Positions 1 through 10,265 of a stretch of DNA of 64,000 bases are shown in pieces. How positions within the stretch are numbered: the stretch's first letter is position 1; each line of letters begins with the position of its first letter. The position numbers and the translations under genes were made by a program. The stretch spans positions 1,152,001-1,216,000 of the forward strand of contig JASGHJ010000001.1 in assembly GCA_047602405.1 (NCBI GenBank). Direction: 5' to 3'. The DNA comes from Anaeromyxobacteraceae bacterium (lineage in GTDB: Bacteria > Myxococcota > Myxococcia > Myxococcales > Anaeromyxobacteraceae). The notes under the pieces were generated by a model. It ran no database searches and was not told the DNA's origin. It saw nothing but the letters and a program-made list of their open reading frames with translations.

Positions 1-702
1 GAGGACGTCCCAGTCGTCGCCGGCGAGGGCGGAGGCGAGGCCGTGGACCGGCGTGCCACCGTCCTGGAGGACCATCGCCATCTCGGGATCGGCGCGGAGG
101 GCGAGGAGCTCGGCGGCGTCGTCCATGAGCTTCTTCGCGGCGGGGCCCGAGTACAGCTGGCGGAAGTTGGCGGTGAGGCGGGAGGGCTTCACCTTGAAGA
201 GCCAGTCGGCGCCGGGCTTCGCGTTCACGGCGACGACGGTGCCGTCGACGGGAGACAGCGCGGAGACGGACTTGCCGGCGGTGGAGAGGTCGATGGCGGC
301 CTCGCCCTGGACGACGTGGGCGCCGACGTGGGGCGCGGCCGTCTTCTCCGCGGCGACGAGGCGGCGGGCGAGGTCGTCGAGGCCGACCGCGACGGTGCCG
401 TCGGCTTCGAGGCGAGCCCAGGTGTGGCCGGGGTGGAGCCAGGCGCCCGCGGGCGGCGGGGCGAACCAGTCGGCGCCGGGGCGCGGGGCGGGCTTCCTCG
501 CGGCGGGCTTCGCGGCCACGGCCACCGGGGCCGTCTCGGCGAGCGCGGCGGCGGGGACGTTCACGCGGACGTTCGCGGTCGTCTCGGCGCGGCGGGCGCC
601 CTGCACGTAACGCCAGAAGGGGATGAAGAGGAGGAGGTAGCTGACGGCGAGGAGGTACTCGGCGGCCTTCGCGGGGTAGATGCTCAGGAACTCGTGGCCC
701 AT
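1..702 (-). CDS. Glycine-cleavage H-like (lipoyl/biotinyl-fold) protein with N-terminal membrane anchor; 3' end runs off the window
   Basis: Not in the ORF track. Manual translation from ATG 702 gives MGHEFLSIYPAKAAEYLLAVSYLLLFIPFWRYV...HPGHTWARLEADGTVAVGLDDLA...SAVSPVDGTVVAVN. The HxW, VGxDD and SPVxGxVxxVN motifs match the GcvH fold. Confidence 0.7.
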   Translation of the reverse strand, partial: MGHEFLSIYPAKAAEYLLAVSYLLLFIPFWRYVQGARRAETTANVRVNVPAAALAETAPVAVAAKPAARKPAPRPGADWFAPPPAGAWLHPGHTWARLEADGTVAVGLDDLARRLVAAEKTAAPHVGAHVVQGEAAIDLSTAGKSVSALSPVDGTVVAVNAKPGADWLFKVKPSRLTANFRQLYSGPAAKKLMDDAAELLALRADPEMAMVLQDGGTPVHGLASALAGDDWDVL

Positions 703-789
703 GACGCGCTCTCGTTCTGCCGGTTGCTTCGGCGGTTTCTCGCGGGCGGCGCTGCCGCCGGCGTGCTGCGTTGAGTTGACCTCGGGTGA

Positions 790-864
790 CTACCGGGTGG
801 CGAGGTGGTTGAGGGTGGAGACGACGGCGGCCCCGAACATCGCGACGACGAAGGCGAACATCAT
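790..864 (-). CDS. Putative 24-aa hydrophobic small peptide MMFAFVVAMFGAAVVSTLNHLATR
   Basis: AGGAG RBS just upstream of ATG 864, GC3-rich codons, TAG at 790-792. Confidence 0.5.
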   Translation of the reverse strand: MMFAFVVAMFGAAVVSTLNHLATR

Positions 865-918
865 GGCTGGCTCCTGCTTCCGGTTTGGGTGACCTGCGCA
901 CTTCCTGAGGCCACCTAT

Positions 919-935
919 TGCGTGTGCCGGGCCAA
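919..935 (-). promoter_or_regulatory. sigma54 (-24/-12) promoter
   Basis: Minus strand reads TTGGCCCGGCACACGCA, with GG and GC at the canonical spacing, about 55 nt upstream of the small ORF. Confidence 0.6.
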
Positions 936-995
936 CCGAACCGCGGGTGTCCGGCACCGAGGGAGCTCAGTCATTTCAGCGGCTTGAAAGAGGCG

Positions 996-1022
996 CGTCG
1001 GCGGAGCGAGGCTCCGCCGACG
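996..1022 (-). terminator. 12-bp perfect inverted repeat; likely terminator of the TPR gene or an activator site
   Basis: CGTCGGCGGAGC-GAG-GCTCCGCCGACG. Confidence 0.4.
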
Positions 1023-1078
1023 TGGGGTTTCTCTTCACCTGTGGAGGAGTTCAGCGATCCGGCGGGAGCGATTCCGCC

Positions 1079-1873
1079 TCAGCGATCCCGCTGGTCCTGC
1101 TCGAGGACGCGGTAGCCCTCGGCGCTCGGCCGCGACGGCGCGCCGCTCATCGCCATCGCGCCGAGCGCGACGGCCACGAGCACCACCACCGCCACGAGCG
1201 CCGGGCGCCAGGGCCGGATGCGCCACGCGTACGGCCGCTCCTCGGCGCGCTTGAACCGCGGCAGCGCCGCGTACTCGCGCCAGGCCTCCTCGCGCGCCCG
1301 CGCCGCGCCCGCCGGATCGCCGAGCCCGTCGAGCCCCTTCGCGAGGAGGTACCGCCCCTGCACCGTCCCCGGTCGCGCCGCCACCAGCGCGACGAGCGCG
1401 TCCCGGGCGCCGGCGAGGTCGCCCTTCCCGAGCCGCGCCCGGCCGAGCTCGAGGTCGATCTCGCCGAGCCGGTACCCGGGCTCGAGCGAGCGCGCGAGGC
1501 CGAGGACGCGCTCCGCCTCGGCGTGCTGCCCGGTGCGGTCGAGGAGCACGCCGTAGAGGAAGGCGGTGTGCACGTCCTCGTCGCCGGCCTCGAGGTTCGG
1601 CCGGAGCACCTCGAGCGCCCTCCCCGGCCGCCGCGCCTCGAGCAACAGCTGCGCGAGCTCGAACCGCGCGCGCCGGTCGGACGGGTTCGCGGAGAGGGTC
1701 CGCTCGAGCTCGCCGCGGCGGGCGCCGCGCCGCCACGCGCGGAGCGGGTCGGGCAGGAGCCGGAAGGTGACGCGGTCGCCGAAGAACCAGACGGCGAGGA
1801 GCACGAGCGCCGCGGTCACCGGGCTGCCGGTGATCCACGAGAGGAGGATCCACAGGAGCCAGCTCGTGCTCAT
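1079..1873 (-). CDS. Membrane-anchored tetratricopeptide repeat protein
   Basis: Starts MSTSWLLWILLSW (transmembrane), then TPR-like helices (ARFELAQLLL, AFLYGVLL, GRYLLAKGL) and a C-terminal transmembrane segment. Confidence 0.75.
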   Translation of the reverse strand: MSTSWLLWILLSWITGSPVTAALVLLAVWFFGDRVTFRLLPDPLRAWRRGARRGELERTLSANPSDRRARFELAQLLLEARRPGRALEVLRPNLEAGDEDVHTAFLYGVLLDRTGQHAEAERVLGLARSLEPGYRLGEIDLELGRARLGKGDLAGARDALVALVAARPGTVQGRYLLAKGLDGLGDPAGAARAREEAWREYAALPRFKRAEERPYAWRIRPWRPALVAVVVLVAVALGAMAMSGAPSRPSAEGYRVLEQDQRDR

Positions 1874-1884
1874 GGCCGCGCATG

Positions 1885-2562
1885 CTACCGCAGCTTCACC
1901 CCGAGCGAGAGGCCCTCCGCGGTGGGCAGCATCGTCGCGAGGAACCGGCCGCCGCGCGCGAGCCGCTCGGAGAAGACCCTGAGTGCGGCCATCGCGGCCG
2001 CGTCCTCGCCCGCCGGGCGCTCCTCGTGCACGTGGCCGAAGCCGAAGGTGTTGTCGGCGAGGAGCACCCCGCCCACCCGCAGGTGCTCCGCCGCCCAGTC
2101 GAGGTAGGCCGGGTAGCCGGTCTTGTCGGCGTCGACGAAGACGAGGTCGAAGGGCCCCTCCGCCTCGACGTCCCGGAGCCGCTCGAGGGCCTTCCCGAGG
2201 TGGACCCGCGCCTGCCGCGCGACGCCGGCCTTCTCGAACGACGCCTGCGCGACCGCGGCGTTGTGGGCCTCGAGCTCGAACGTGTGCAGCACGCCCGCGG
2301 GCCCCATCCCGCGCAGCAGGCACACGCCGCTGTACCCGCCGAGCGTGCCGATCTCGACCGCCTTCCGCGCGTCGGCCAGGCGGGCGAGCACCTCGAGGTG
2401 CCGCCCGTCGAACGTCCCCACCGCGATGGCCGGCAGCCCCTCCCGCACGGAGCGCTCGCGGATCTCGCGCAGCACCGGGTCCTCGGGCGCGTACGTCGCC
2501 TCGGCCCAGGCCGAGAGCGCCGGATCGCCCTGGCCGAACGCCTTCACGGGAGGAGAGCCCAT
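1885..2562 (-). CDS. SAM-dependent O-methyltransferase (caffeoyl-CoA/COMT-like)
   Basis: VEIGTLGGYSG and FDLVFVDADK motifs; GGAGG RBS before ATG 2562. Confidence 0.9.
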   Translation of the reverse strand: MGSPPVKAFGQGDPALSAWAEATYAPEDPVLREIRERSVREGLPAIAVGTFDGRHLEVLARLADARKAVEIGTLGGYSGVCLLRGMGPAGVLHTFELEAHNAAVAQASFEKAGVARQARVHLGKALERLRDVEAEGPFDLVFVDADKTGYPAYLDWAAEHLRVGGVLLADNTFGFGHVHEERPAGEDAAAMAALRVFSERLARGGRFLATMLPTAEGLSLGVKLR

Positions 2563-2622
2563 GGCCACCTCCTAGCGGCCGCCCCGCGACGCCGCCGCGC
2601 CGGGCCGTGGTAGAACCCGCCC

Positions 2623-3651
2623 GTGATCACCCTGACGGTCTCCGCCGACGCGGCCGGGCAACGGCTCGACAAGTACGTCCGCAAGGCGCTCCGCGACGTG
2701 CCGCTCAGCCACGTCTACAAGATGTTCCGGACGAGGAAGATCCGGGTCAACGGCGCGCGCGGGAAGGCCGAGCAGCTCCTGCAGGGCGGCGACACCATCG
2801 TCATCCGCGGCGACGAGGAGCGGCTCCTCGAGAAGGCGCCCGAGGGCTCGAAGGGGCGCGCGCCGGGCGCCCAGGACCGGATCAAGGTCACCTTCGGCGT
2901 GCTGTACGAGGACGGCGACCTCCTCGTCGTCGACAAGCCGGCCGGCCTCGCCGCGCACCCGGGCACCGGCATCGAGGGCGCGACGCTCGTCGAGATGGCG
3001 CGCGCGCACCTGAAGGTCCCCTCGGACGTGCCGCCCGGCGAGTTCAAGCCCTCGCCCGCGCACCGGCTCGATCGCGAGACGTCCGGCATCGTCGTCGTCG
3101 CGAAGACGCGCCGGGCGATGGTGGGGCTCACGAGGACGTTCACCGACGGCGAGGACGTCGCGAAGGCCTACCTCGCGCTCGTGAAGGGCAAGATGCCGCG
3201 CGAGGCCGGCACCATCGACCAGCCGCTCTCCGAGCACGAGCAGACCGCGCGCTCGAAGGAGAGGCGCGGCACGAACTTCCAGGAGGCGCTCACGCGCTGG
3301 AAGGTCGTCGCGTCGATGAAGGAGGCGTCGCTGCTCGAGGTGCGCATCGAGACCGGCCGCACGCACCAGATCCGCCGGCACATGGAGTCCTCGGGCCACC
3401 CGGTGGCGGGCGACAAGCGCTACGGCGACTTCAACTTCAACCGCACGGTGAAGCAGCGCTGGGGTTTGAAGCGCATGTTCCTCCACGCGTGGAAGCTCGA
3501 GCTCCCGCACCCGGTGACGGGCGCGCGACTGAAGCTCGAGGCGCCGCTCCCGGCGGAGCTCGTGGACGCCCTGGGCAGGGCGAACCTGCAGGGGCCCGCG
3601 AGCGCCCGCCCGGCCGGCCGCAGCGGGACGAAGGACCCGTCCCGGGCGTAG
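2623..3651 (+). CDS. RluA-family (RluC/D-type) 23S rRNA pseudouridine synthase
   Basis: N-terminal S4 domain (GQRLDKY), VDKPAG, catalytic HRLDRETSG, TGRTHQIR. Confidence 0.95.
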   Translation: MITLTVSADAAGQRLDKYVRKALRDVPLSHVYKMFRTRKIRVNGARGKAEQLLQGGDTIVIRGDEERLLEKAPEGSKGRAPGAQDRIKVTFGVLYEDGDLLVVDKPAGLAAHPGTGIEGATLVEMARAHLKVPSDVPPGEFKPSPAHRLDRETSGIVVVAKTRRAMVGLTRTFTDGEDVAKAYLALVKGKMPREAGTIDQPLSEHEQTARSKERRGTNFQEALTRWKVVASMKEASLLEVRIETGRTHQIRRHMESSGHPVAGDKRYGDFNFNRTVKQRWGLKRMFLHAWKLELPHPVTGARLKLEAPLPAELVDALGRANLQGPASARPAGRSGTKDPSRA

Positions 3652-3722
3652 GGCCGTGGGTGCGGCCCGGGGCCGATGGAGCCTTGAGGCGAGCCGCAGT
3701 CCGCGCATAGATTCCTCTCCAC

Positions 3723-6263
3723 GTGACCGACACCCCCGAGAAGACCCCCCCGCCGAGGATGGTCGTGGACGGGCTGCCGCCGCGCCGTCCGTGGTGGAGG
3801 GCGGCCCTGCGCTGGACCCTGTTCCTCGGCCTCGGCGCCGTGAACGCGGCCGTCGTCGCGGGCGTCGTCGTCTACGTCGTCTTCTCCCGCGACCTGCCGG
3901 ACCTCCCGAAGCCCGAGGACTACCGGCCGCCGATCATCACCGAGCTCGTCTCGGCCGACGGGCAGATCGCCGGCGAGTTCTTCACCGAGCGCCGCAAGGT
4001 CGTCCCGTACGAGCGCATCCCGAAGCGGCTCGTGCAGGCCTTCGTCGCCTCCGAGGACCAGTCGTTCTTCGACCACGGCGGCATCGACCTCAAGGGCACG
4101 CTCCGCGCCGCCATCAACACCTTCGTGCTGCGCAAGCGCGTCCAGGGCGGCTCGACCATCACCCAGCAGACCGCGAAGTCGCTCCTCATCTCCAAGGAGG
4201 GCTTCGCGCAGGGCACGAAGAAGAGCCTCTCGCGCAAGCTGCGCGAGCTCATCCTCGCCCGGCGTCTCGAGCAGGAGCTCTCGAAGGAGCAGATCCTCTG
4301 GCTGTACCTGAACGGCGTCTACCTCGGGCACCACAGCTACGGGGTCCAGACCGCCTCCGAGAACTACTTCCGCAAGAACGTCGAGGACCTCACGCTCGAG
4401 GAGGCGGCGCTGCTCGCGGGCCTGCCGCAGGCGCCCTCGCGCTACTCGCCCTTCTCGCACCCGGAGACCGCGAAGGACCGCCGGCGCTACGTGCTCCGCC
4501 GCATGGCCGAGGAGGGGATGATCACGCAGGACGAGCGGCAGCGCGCCGCCGAGGCCGAGGTGAAGGTGCACGGCCTCGACGACATCTTCCGCGAGACCGC
4601 TCCGTTCTACGTCGAGACGGTCCGCCGCGACGTCGTCGCCCGCTACGGCAACGACCGCCTCCTGCGCGACGGCCTCAGGGTCGAGCTCGCCATGGACCTC
4701 GAGGGCCAGCGCGCCGCGCAGGCCGCGATGCTGAAGGGGCTCATGGAGGTCGACCACCGCCAGGGCTACCTCGGCCCGGTCGCGAAGGTCGCCGGAGACG
4801 AGAAGAAGGCCCTCGCGGCGCGCCTCGCGAAGGCGTGGCCGGAGGGCGCGGTCGGCCCCGGCGACTACGCGGTCGGCATCGTCGAGCGGGTGGACGAGAA
4901 GGCCGCCGAGGTCTCCGTCGGCGCGAACCGGGGCCTGTTGCCCATCTCCGGCATGCGGTGGGCGCGCAAGGTGAACCCCGAGCAGCGCTACCCGGACGCG
5001 CTCATCGCGCGGCCGGCGACCGCGGTGAAGGCCGGCGACGTCGTCCTCGTGCGGCGCGTCTCGCGCGAGGAGCTCGTGAAGCGCGAGACCGACGCCGGCC
5101 CGATCGGCAAGCCCAAGGAGGTCCCGGAGGCGCCCCTCCTGCTCTCGCTCGAGCAGGAGCCGAAGCTGCAGGGCGCGCTCGTGTCGGTGGACCCCTGGTC
5201 GGGCTACGTCATCGCGATGGTCGGCGGCTACGACTTCGACGCCTCCGAGTTCAACCGCGCCTTCCAGTCGTGCCGGCAGCCCGGCTCCGCGTTCAAGCCG
5301 GTGCTCTACTCGGCCGCCATCGAGAAGCTCGACTTCAACCCGGCCACCATCCTGACCGACGCGCCCATCGTCTTTCGCGACGACGAGAACAGCTGGAAGC
5401 CGCAGAACTACGGCGAGGAGTTCAAGGGCGACGTGACGCTGCGCACGGCGCTCGTCAACTCCATGAACATCCCGGCGGTGAAGACCTACGAGGCGCTCGC
5501 CGCGAAGTACGGCATGCCGGTGCTCGCCGACTGGGCGAAGACGCTCGGGCTCTCGACGCCGGTGAAGCTCGAGCTCGGCAGCGCGCTCGGCAGCTCCTGC
5601 GTGAACCTGTGGGAGCTCACGAACGTCTACGCGCTCCTCGCGCGCTACGGCGAGAAGCGCCCCTCCACCTTCGTGAAGCGCGTGCTCGACCGCGACGGCC
5701 GGCTCCTCGAGGACCACGCCGACGCGCGCGACGCCTGGGTGCCGCTCGGCGAGCGCCTGGCCGGCGCCGTGGCCGAGGTGAACCGGCCGGTGACGCGGGT
5801 GATGGAGGACAAGACCGCCTACATCCTCGTGCACCTCCTCCGCGAGGTCGCGACCGTCGGCACCGGGGCGCGCGCCGCCGCCCTCGGCAAGCCCGCCGCG
5901 GGCAAGACCGGCACCACCAACGACTCCTTCGACACCTGGTTCATGGGCTTCACCCGCGACGTCGCGACCGGCGTCTGGCTCGGGTACGACATCAACGAGA
6001 CGCCGCTCGGCCGCTACGAGACCGGCGGCCACGCCGCCCTGCCCATCTGGCTCGACTTCATGTCCGCGAAGCTGCGCGGCCGCGAGCAGCCCGAGTTCGA
6101 GGCGCCCGAGGGCATCGTGGAGGTCCGGATCGACCCGGAGACCGGCAAGCTCGCGCGGGAAGGCCAGAAGGGCGTCGAGGAGCCGTTCAAGGTGGGCACC
6201 GAACCCACCGAGGAGTCCGAGCAGGAGAAGAAGCAGGACGTGCAGGACCTGTTCATGCAGTGA
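3723..6263 (+). CDS. mrcA: Class A penicillin-binding protein 1A
   Basis: Transglycosylase motifs EDQSFFDHGG, GGSTITQQ, RKLRE; transpeptidase motifs SAFK, SMN, KTGT. Confidence 0.92.
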   Translation: MTDTPEKTPPPRMVVDGLPPRRPWWRAALRWTLFLGLGAVNAAVVAGVVVYVVFSRDLPDLPKPEDYRPPIITELVSADGQIAGEFFTERRKVVPYERIPKRLVQAFVASEDQSFFDHGGIDLKGTLRAAINTFVLRKRVQGGSTITQQTAKSLLISKEGFAQGTKKSLSRKLRELILARRLEQELSKEQILWLYLNGVYLGHHSYGVQTASENYFRKNVEDLTLEEAALLAGLPQAPSRYSPFSHPETAKDRRRYVLRRMAEEGMITQDERQRAAEAEVKVHGLDDIFRETAPFYVETVRRDVVARYGNDRLLRDGLRVELAMDLEGQRAAQAAMLKGLMEVDHRQGYLGPVAKVAGDEKKALAARLAKAWPEGAVGPGDYAVGIVERVDEKAAEVSVGANRGLLPISGMRWARKVNPEQRYPDALIARPATAVKAGDVVLVRRVSREELVKRETDAGPIGKPKEVPEAPLLLSLEQEPKLQGALVSVDPWSGYVIAMVGGYDFDASEFNRAFQSCRQPGSAFKPVLYSAAIEKLDFNPATILTDAPIVFRDDENSWKPQNYGEEFKGDVTLRTALVNSMNIPAVKTYEALAAKYGMPVLADWAKTLGLSTPVKLELGSALGSSCVNLWELTNVYALLARYGEKRPSTFVKRVLDRDGRLLEDHADARDAWVPLGERLAGAVAEVNRPVTRVMEDKTAYILVHLLREVATVGTGARAAALGKPAAGKTGTTNDSFDTWFMGFTRDVATGVWLGYDINETPLGRYETGGHAALPIWLDFMSAKLRGREQPEFEAPEGIVEVRIDPETGKLAREGQKGVEEPFKVGTEPTEESEQEKKQDVQDLFMQ

Positions 6264-6341
6264 CCGGGTTTTCGTAACCGGCCGAAACCTGGGGTACAGT
6301 CGCGGGGTCCCGGGCCCTTCTCGCGCCCGGCGCGGACCCCG

Positions 6342-8420
6342 ATGAACCAGCTCCTCACCAGGCTCGGCGTGAAGCGGACCCTCCTCGTGGTCCTCGCCGC
6401 AGCCGCCATCATCTCGGCGACCCTCACCGGCGCGCTCCTCGGCCGCTCCACCCTGGCCGCGCTGCGCGAGGAGGTCCATCGCCGCGCCCAGGCCGAGGCG
6501 AAGCTCGTCGCGCGCGAGATCGCCTCGCCGATGACGGCGGAGCTCGACAGCGAGGTCGTGGCCGCCCTCGCCTCGTCCTACCGGGACCCGGACCTCGTCT
6601 ACGTCGTCGTCGTCCGCCCTGACTTCGGCTACGTCGCCTCCGACGTGAAGCCCGGCGTCGCCGTCGAGCCGGAGACCCTGCGCAAGCGGCACCTCGAGCG
6701 TCGCGACACCGGCTTCGTCGAGGGGCGCGACATCCTGGGCGTCACCGTTCCGATCGAGGTCCCGGTCGCGGGGGGCATGAACCGGACCGTCGGCTACGTG
6801 CTCGCCGGGCTCTCCACCGCGCGCAACGCCGCGACGGCGGCGAGCATCATCGCCTGGCTCGCGGTGGAGGTGCTGGTCGGCGGGGTGGTGCTCGCGCTCC
6901 TCGCGTTCTTCGCCATCTCCCGCCTCGTGCTGAAGCCCCTCGAGCAGATGGGCCAGGTGGCGCGGCGGGTCTCCGACGGCGACCTGCAGGCGCGCTCCGA
7001 CAAGCTCGGCGACGACGAGCTCGGCGTGCTCGCCGAGGCGATCAACCGGATCGGCGAGAGCCTCAACGAGACGCTCACCCGCGTGCAGAACGTGACCGGC
7101 GGCGTCGCCACCGTCATCGACCGCATCTCCCGCACCGGCTCGGCCGTCTCCTCCGGCGCCGGCACCGTCTCGTCGGAGGCCGTGAAGACCTCCACCTCGA
7201 TGGGCGAGATGATCGCGAGCCTCAAGGGCATCGCCGACAACGTCGAGGTGCTCGCCCAGAGCGCCGAGGAGTCGTCGTCGTCGATCCTCGAGATGGCCGC
7301 CACGAACGACGAGGTGGCCGAGAACATCCAGGCGCTCGCCGCGTCCGTCGAGGAGACCACCGCCGCGATCGAGGAGATGACCTACTCGATCAAGGAGGTC
7401 GCGAAGAACATCGAGGACCTCTCGGCGACCACCGAGGAGACCTCCTCCTCGATGAACGAGATGGACGTCTCCATCTCCCAGGTCGAGACGAACGCCAACG
7501 AGACCGCGAAGCTCTCCGAGCAGGCCCAGCGCGACGCCGAGATGGGCGCCGAGGCGCTCTCCCGCACCCTCGCCGGCATCGACAAGATCAAGGAGTCGTC
7601 GAAGGAGGCCGCGAACGTCATCGAGGCGCTCGGCAAGAAGACCGCCGCCATCGGCAACATCCTGAACGTCATCGACGACGTCGCCGAGCAGACGAACCTG
7701 CTCGCCCTCAACGCCGCCATCCTCGCCGCCCAGTCGGGCGAGCACGGCAAGGGCTTCGCGGTCGTCGCCGACGAGATCAAGGACCTCGCCGAGCGCACCG
7801 GCGCCTCGACGAAGGAGATCTCCGACCTCATCCGCGCGGTGCAGGAGTCCTCGCGCTCCGCCGTCAGCGCCATGGACCGCGGCGTGCGGAACGTCGAGGA
7901 GGGCGTCCGCCTGGGTCAGGAGACCGAGACCGCCCTCAAGAAGATCCAGGAGTCGTCGCAGAAGTCGACGCAGATGGTGAAGGCCATCGCCCGCGCCACC
8001 ATCGAGCAGGCGCGCGGCTCGAAGCAGGTCACGATGGCCATCAATCGCATCGCCGAGACCGTGCAGCAGATCGCGAGCGCCACCGCGGAGCAGGCCCGCG
8101 GCTCCGAGCAGATCATGAAGAGCGCGGAGAAGATGAAGGCGATCACGAAGCACGTCGAGCGGAGCGCGCAGGAGCAGGCGCGCGGCTCGAAGCAGATCAC
8201 CCGCGCCATCGAGTCGATCTCCGAGATGGTCCACCACCTGAACCGCGCCCAGAAGGAGCAGACCAAGGGCTCGGAGCAGGTCATGACCGCCGTCGTGCAG
8301 ATCAAGCAGGTCGCCGAGGCGCAGACGCACTCGGTCCGCGACCTCGAGGCCGCGATCGTGGACCTCGCCAGCCAGGCCGAGATCCTCCGCGGCGAGGTCC
8401 GGCGGTTCCGGGTGAGCTAG
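6342..8420 (+). CDS. Methyl-accepting chemotaxis protein (TM, HAMP, long signalling domain)
   Basis: [34 protein letters not shown] hairpin; HAMP ([11 protein letters not shown]). Confidence 0.95.
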   Translation: MNQLLTRLGVKRTLLVVLAAAAIISATLTGALLGRSTLAALREEVHRRAQAEAKLVAREIASPMTAELDSEVVAALASSYRDPDLVYVVVVRPDFGYVASDVKPGVAVEPETLRKRHLERRDTGFVEGRDILGVTVPIEVPVAGGMNRTVGYVLAGLSTARNAATAASIIAWLAVEVLVGGVVLALLAFFAISRLVLKPLEQMGQVARRVSDGDLQARSDKLGDDELGVLAEAINRIGESLNETLTRVQNVTGGVATVIDRISRTGSAVSSGAGTVSSEAVKTSTSMGEMIASLKGIADNVEVLAQSAEESSSSILEMAATNDEVAENIQALAASVEETTAAIEEMTYSIKEVAKNIEDLSATTEETSSSMNEMDVSISQVETNANETAKLSEQAQRDAEMGAEALSRTLAGIDKIKESSKEAANVIEALGKKTAAIGNILNVIDDVAEQTNLLALNAAILAAQSGEHGKGFAVVADEIKDLAERTGASTKEISDLIRAVQESSRSAVSAMDRGVRNVEEGVRLGQETETALKKIQESSQKSTQMVKAIARATIEQARGSKQVTMAINRIAETVQQIASATAEQARGSEQIMKSAEKMKAITKHVERSAQEQARGSKQITRAIESISEMVHHLNRAQKEQTKGSEQVMTAVVQIKQVAEAQTHSVRDLEAAIVDLASQAEILRGEVRRFRVS

Positions 8421-8470
8421 CGGCGGCGGGGCGTTGCCTGGCCCCGCACGCTCCGCACATACTCGCCGGC

Positions 8471-9301
8471 ATGCGCCGATCCTTCAGCGTCGCCGTGCTC
8501 GCCCTCGTCGCGTGCGCGGCCGAGCCTCGCGTGGAGAAGCCCGCAGCCGCACCCGTGGGGCCTGAGCCGTATCCGGCCGAGTGTGTCGAGCCCGTGGCGC
8601 GCGCTCGGGCGCTCGGGCGCGCGCTCTTCGAGGACGACCTCGTCTCGGCGTGGGGGACGGACGCCGCGATGGCGGCGGGCCTGGAGCGCGAGGCGGGCCT
8701 CAAGACCTGGATCACGACACGCGACACGAATGGCTGGGAGGTTCACTTCCTCGCGGAGCGGGACGGGCGCCTCGTGGAGCCTCTCAAGGTGGGATTTCCG
8801 GCGCAGCCGAGCCTGTCGACCGCGAAGGTCACGCGGAGCGATCCACCGAAGGAGCCTCACCCGGACGTGCGCTTCATGTACGAGGCGTATCGCACGGCGG
8901 CCGAGCCCCCGCACCGCGTATGCAGCCCTCGCTACAACCACGTGGTCTTGCCGGCGGCACGCATCGGAGGCGACGGGTGGCTGATCTACCTGCTCGCCTC
9001 GAGCACGGAGCCTGGCGCGCTCGTGGTGGGTGGTCACGTCCGGCGGATGGTGTCGGCGGACGGCGGGAAGGTGCTCGAGGACGCCGAGATGTCGAAGGAC
9101 TGCATGACGCTGAGAGAGAAGGACGTGCCCCCGGACTCCAAGGTGAAGGCCAGCGTGGTGTCGAACCTGCTCTGGCCCTGCCCGACGGAGGTCCACGTCT
9201 GGCTGTCGCTGCTCTCCCGCAAGGACCTCTACGTCGTGAACAAGACAGGTCTCTGGGAGATTGACGGCACGAAGGTCACTTACCTCGGCGAGGCGAAGTA
9301 G
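8471..9301 (+). CDS. Hypothetical lipoprotein
   Basis: Signal peptide with LVAC lipobox; 276-aa ORF. Confidence 0.65.
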   Translation: MRRSFSVAVLALVACAAEPRVEKPAAAPVGPEPYPAECVEPVARARALGRALFEDDLVSAWGTDAAMAAGLEREAGLKTWITTRDTNGWEVHFLAERDGRLVEPLKVGFPAQPSLSTAKVTRSDPPKEPHPDVRFMYEAYRTAAEPPHRVCSPRYNHVVLPAARIGGDGWLIYLLASSTEPGALVVGGHVRRMVSADGGKVLEDAEMSKDCMTLREKDVPPDSKVKASVVSNLLWPCPTEVHVWLSLLSRKDLYVVNKTGLWEIDGTKVTYLGEAK

Positions 9302-9779
9302 CGGCGCGCCGCTTCGGCGGCGCGCTGTCGGCGCTGCGCTTTGCAATGTCCGCCCGGCCCTTCGCCGTGGCGGCCGGCTTCTTCTTCGCGAGCCCCAGGA
9401 GCACCTTCCACTGCGCCGCGTCGAGCGGCACGACCGACAGCCGCCCCTGCTTCACGAGCGGCGAGCCGGCGAACGCCTTCTCGGCCTTCAGCCGCTCGAG
9501 CGTCACCGGGTTCGCGAGCGGCGCCTGCGGCGCGAGATCCACGCAGACCAGGCGATCCGAGCCGGGCTCGGGGTAGGCGGCGCGCACGACCTGCGCGATC
9601 CCCACGGCCGCCTTCTCGCCGCCCGTGTGGTAGATCGCCGCGAGGTCGCCCTCGGCCATCGCGCGCAGGTTCAGCTGGGCCTGGGGGTTCGCGACGCCGG
9701 TCCAGGCGGTCCGGCCCTCTCGCGACAGGTCGTCCCAGGAGTACGTTCCAGGCTCGGTCTTGAGGAGCCAGCGGTTCAT
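9276..9779 (-). CDS. EVE domain-containing protein
   Basis: MNRWLLKTEPGTYSWDDL...WTGVAN...IYHTG...RLSVVP. Confidence 0.9.
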   Translation of the reverse strand: MNRWLLKTEPGTYSWDDLSREGRTAWTGVANPQAQLNLRAMAEGDLAAIYHTGGEKAAVGIAQVVRAAYPEPGSDRLVCVDLAPQAPLANPVTLERLKAEKAFAGSPLVKQGRLSVVPLDAAQWKVLLGLAKKKPAATAKGRADIAKRSADSAPPKRRAATSPRRGK

Positions 9780-9869
9780 GCGCCCGGACCTAACCCCAGG
9801 CGCGGCGCGGGCGCAACGGGGCACCCCGTGGATCCCTCCGCGCGCCCCCTGTGGTAAACCGGTTGCCCT

Positions 9870-10265
9870 ATGTTCGGCCTCGGGATGGGCGAGATCGTGA
9901 TCATCGCCATCCTGGCGCTTCTCCTGCTCGGGCCCGACCGGCTCCCCGACGCGGCGAAGCAGCTGGGTAAGACGATGCGTCAGCTGAAGAGGCACACGGA
10001 CGATCTCAAGGAGCAGTTCGAGGCCGAGCTGTACGCCGAGGAGCGCGGGGCCGCGAAGCCCTCGCTCGTCGCGCCGATCCCGACCGGGAAGCCCGCCGGC
10101 CCGTCCGAGCCGCCGCCGCCCGCCACCCTCGCGAACGTGCCCGGCCTCGAGGCCGCGCTCGTGGGCGACGAGCCCGCCCCGGCGGCCGCCACCGTGGTTC
10201 GACAGGCTCACCATGACCGGGAGGCGCCCGCCGCCCCCGTCACCGCCGAGAAGCCCACCGCATGA
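9870..10265 (+). CDS. tatB: Twin-arginine translocase subunit TatB (TatA/B family)
   Basis: MFGLGMGEIVIIAILALLLLGPDRLP; ATGA overlap with tatC. Confidence 0.85.
   Translation: MFGLGMGEIVIIAILALLLLGPDRLPDAAKQLGKTMRQLKRHTDDLKEQFEAELYAEERGAAKPSLVAPIPTGKPAGPSEPPPPATLANVPGLEAALVGDEPAPAAATVVRQAHHDREAPAAPVTAEKPTA

Noticed and set aside
3420..8330. 1636-aa minus-strand ORF, and similar giants at 38928-43514, 48067-53529 and 55332-59693
   Set aside because: Antisense shadows of real genes; stop-free frames are expected at this GC content and they carry no recognisable motifs.
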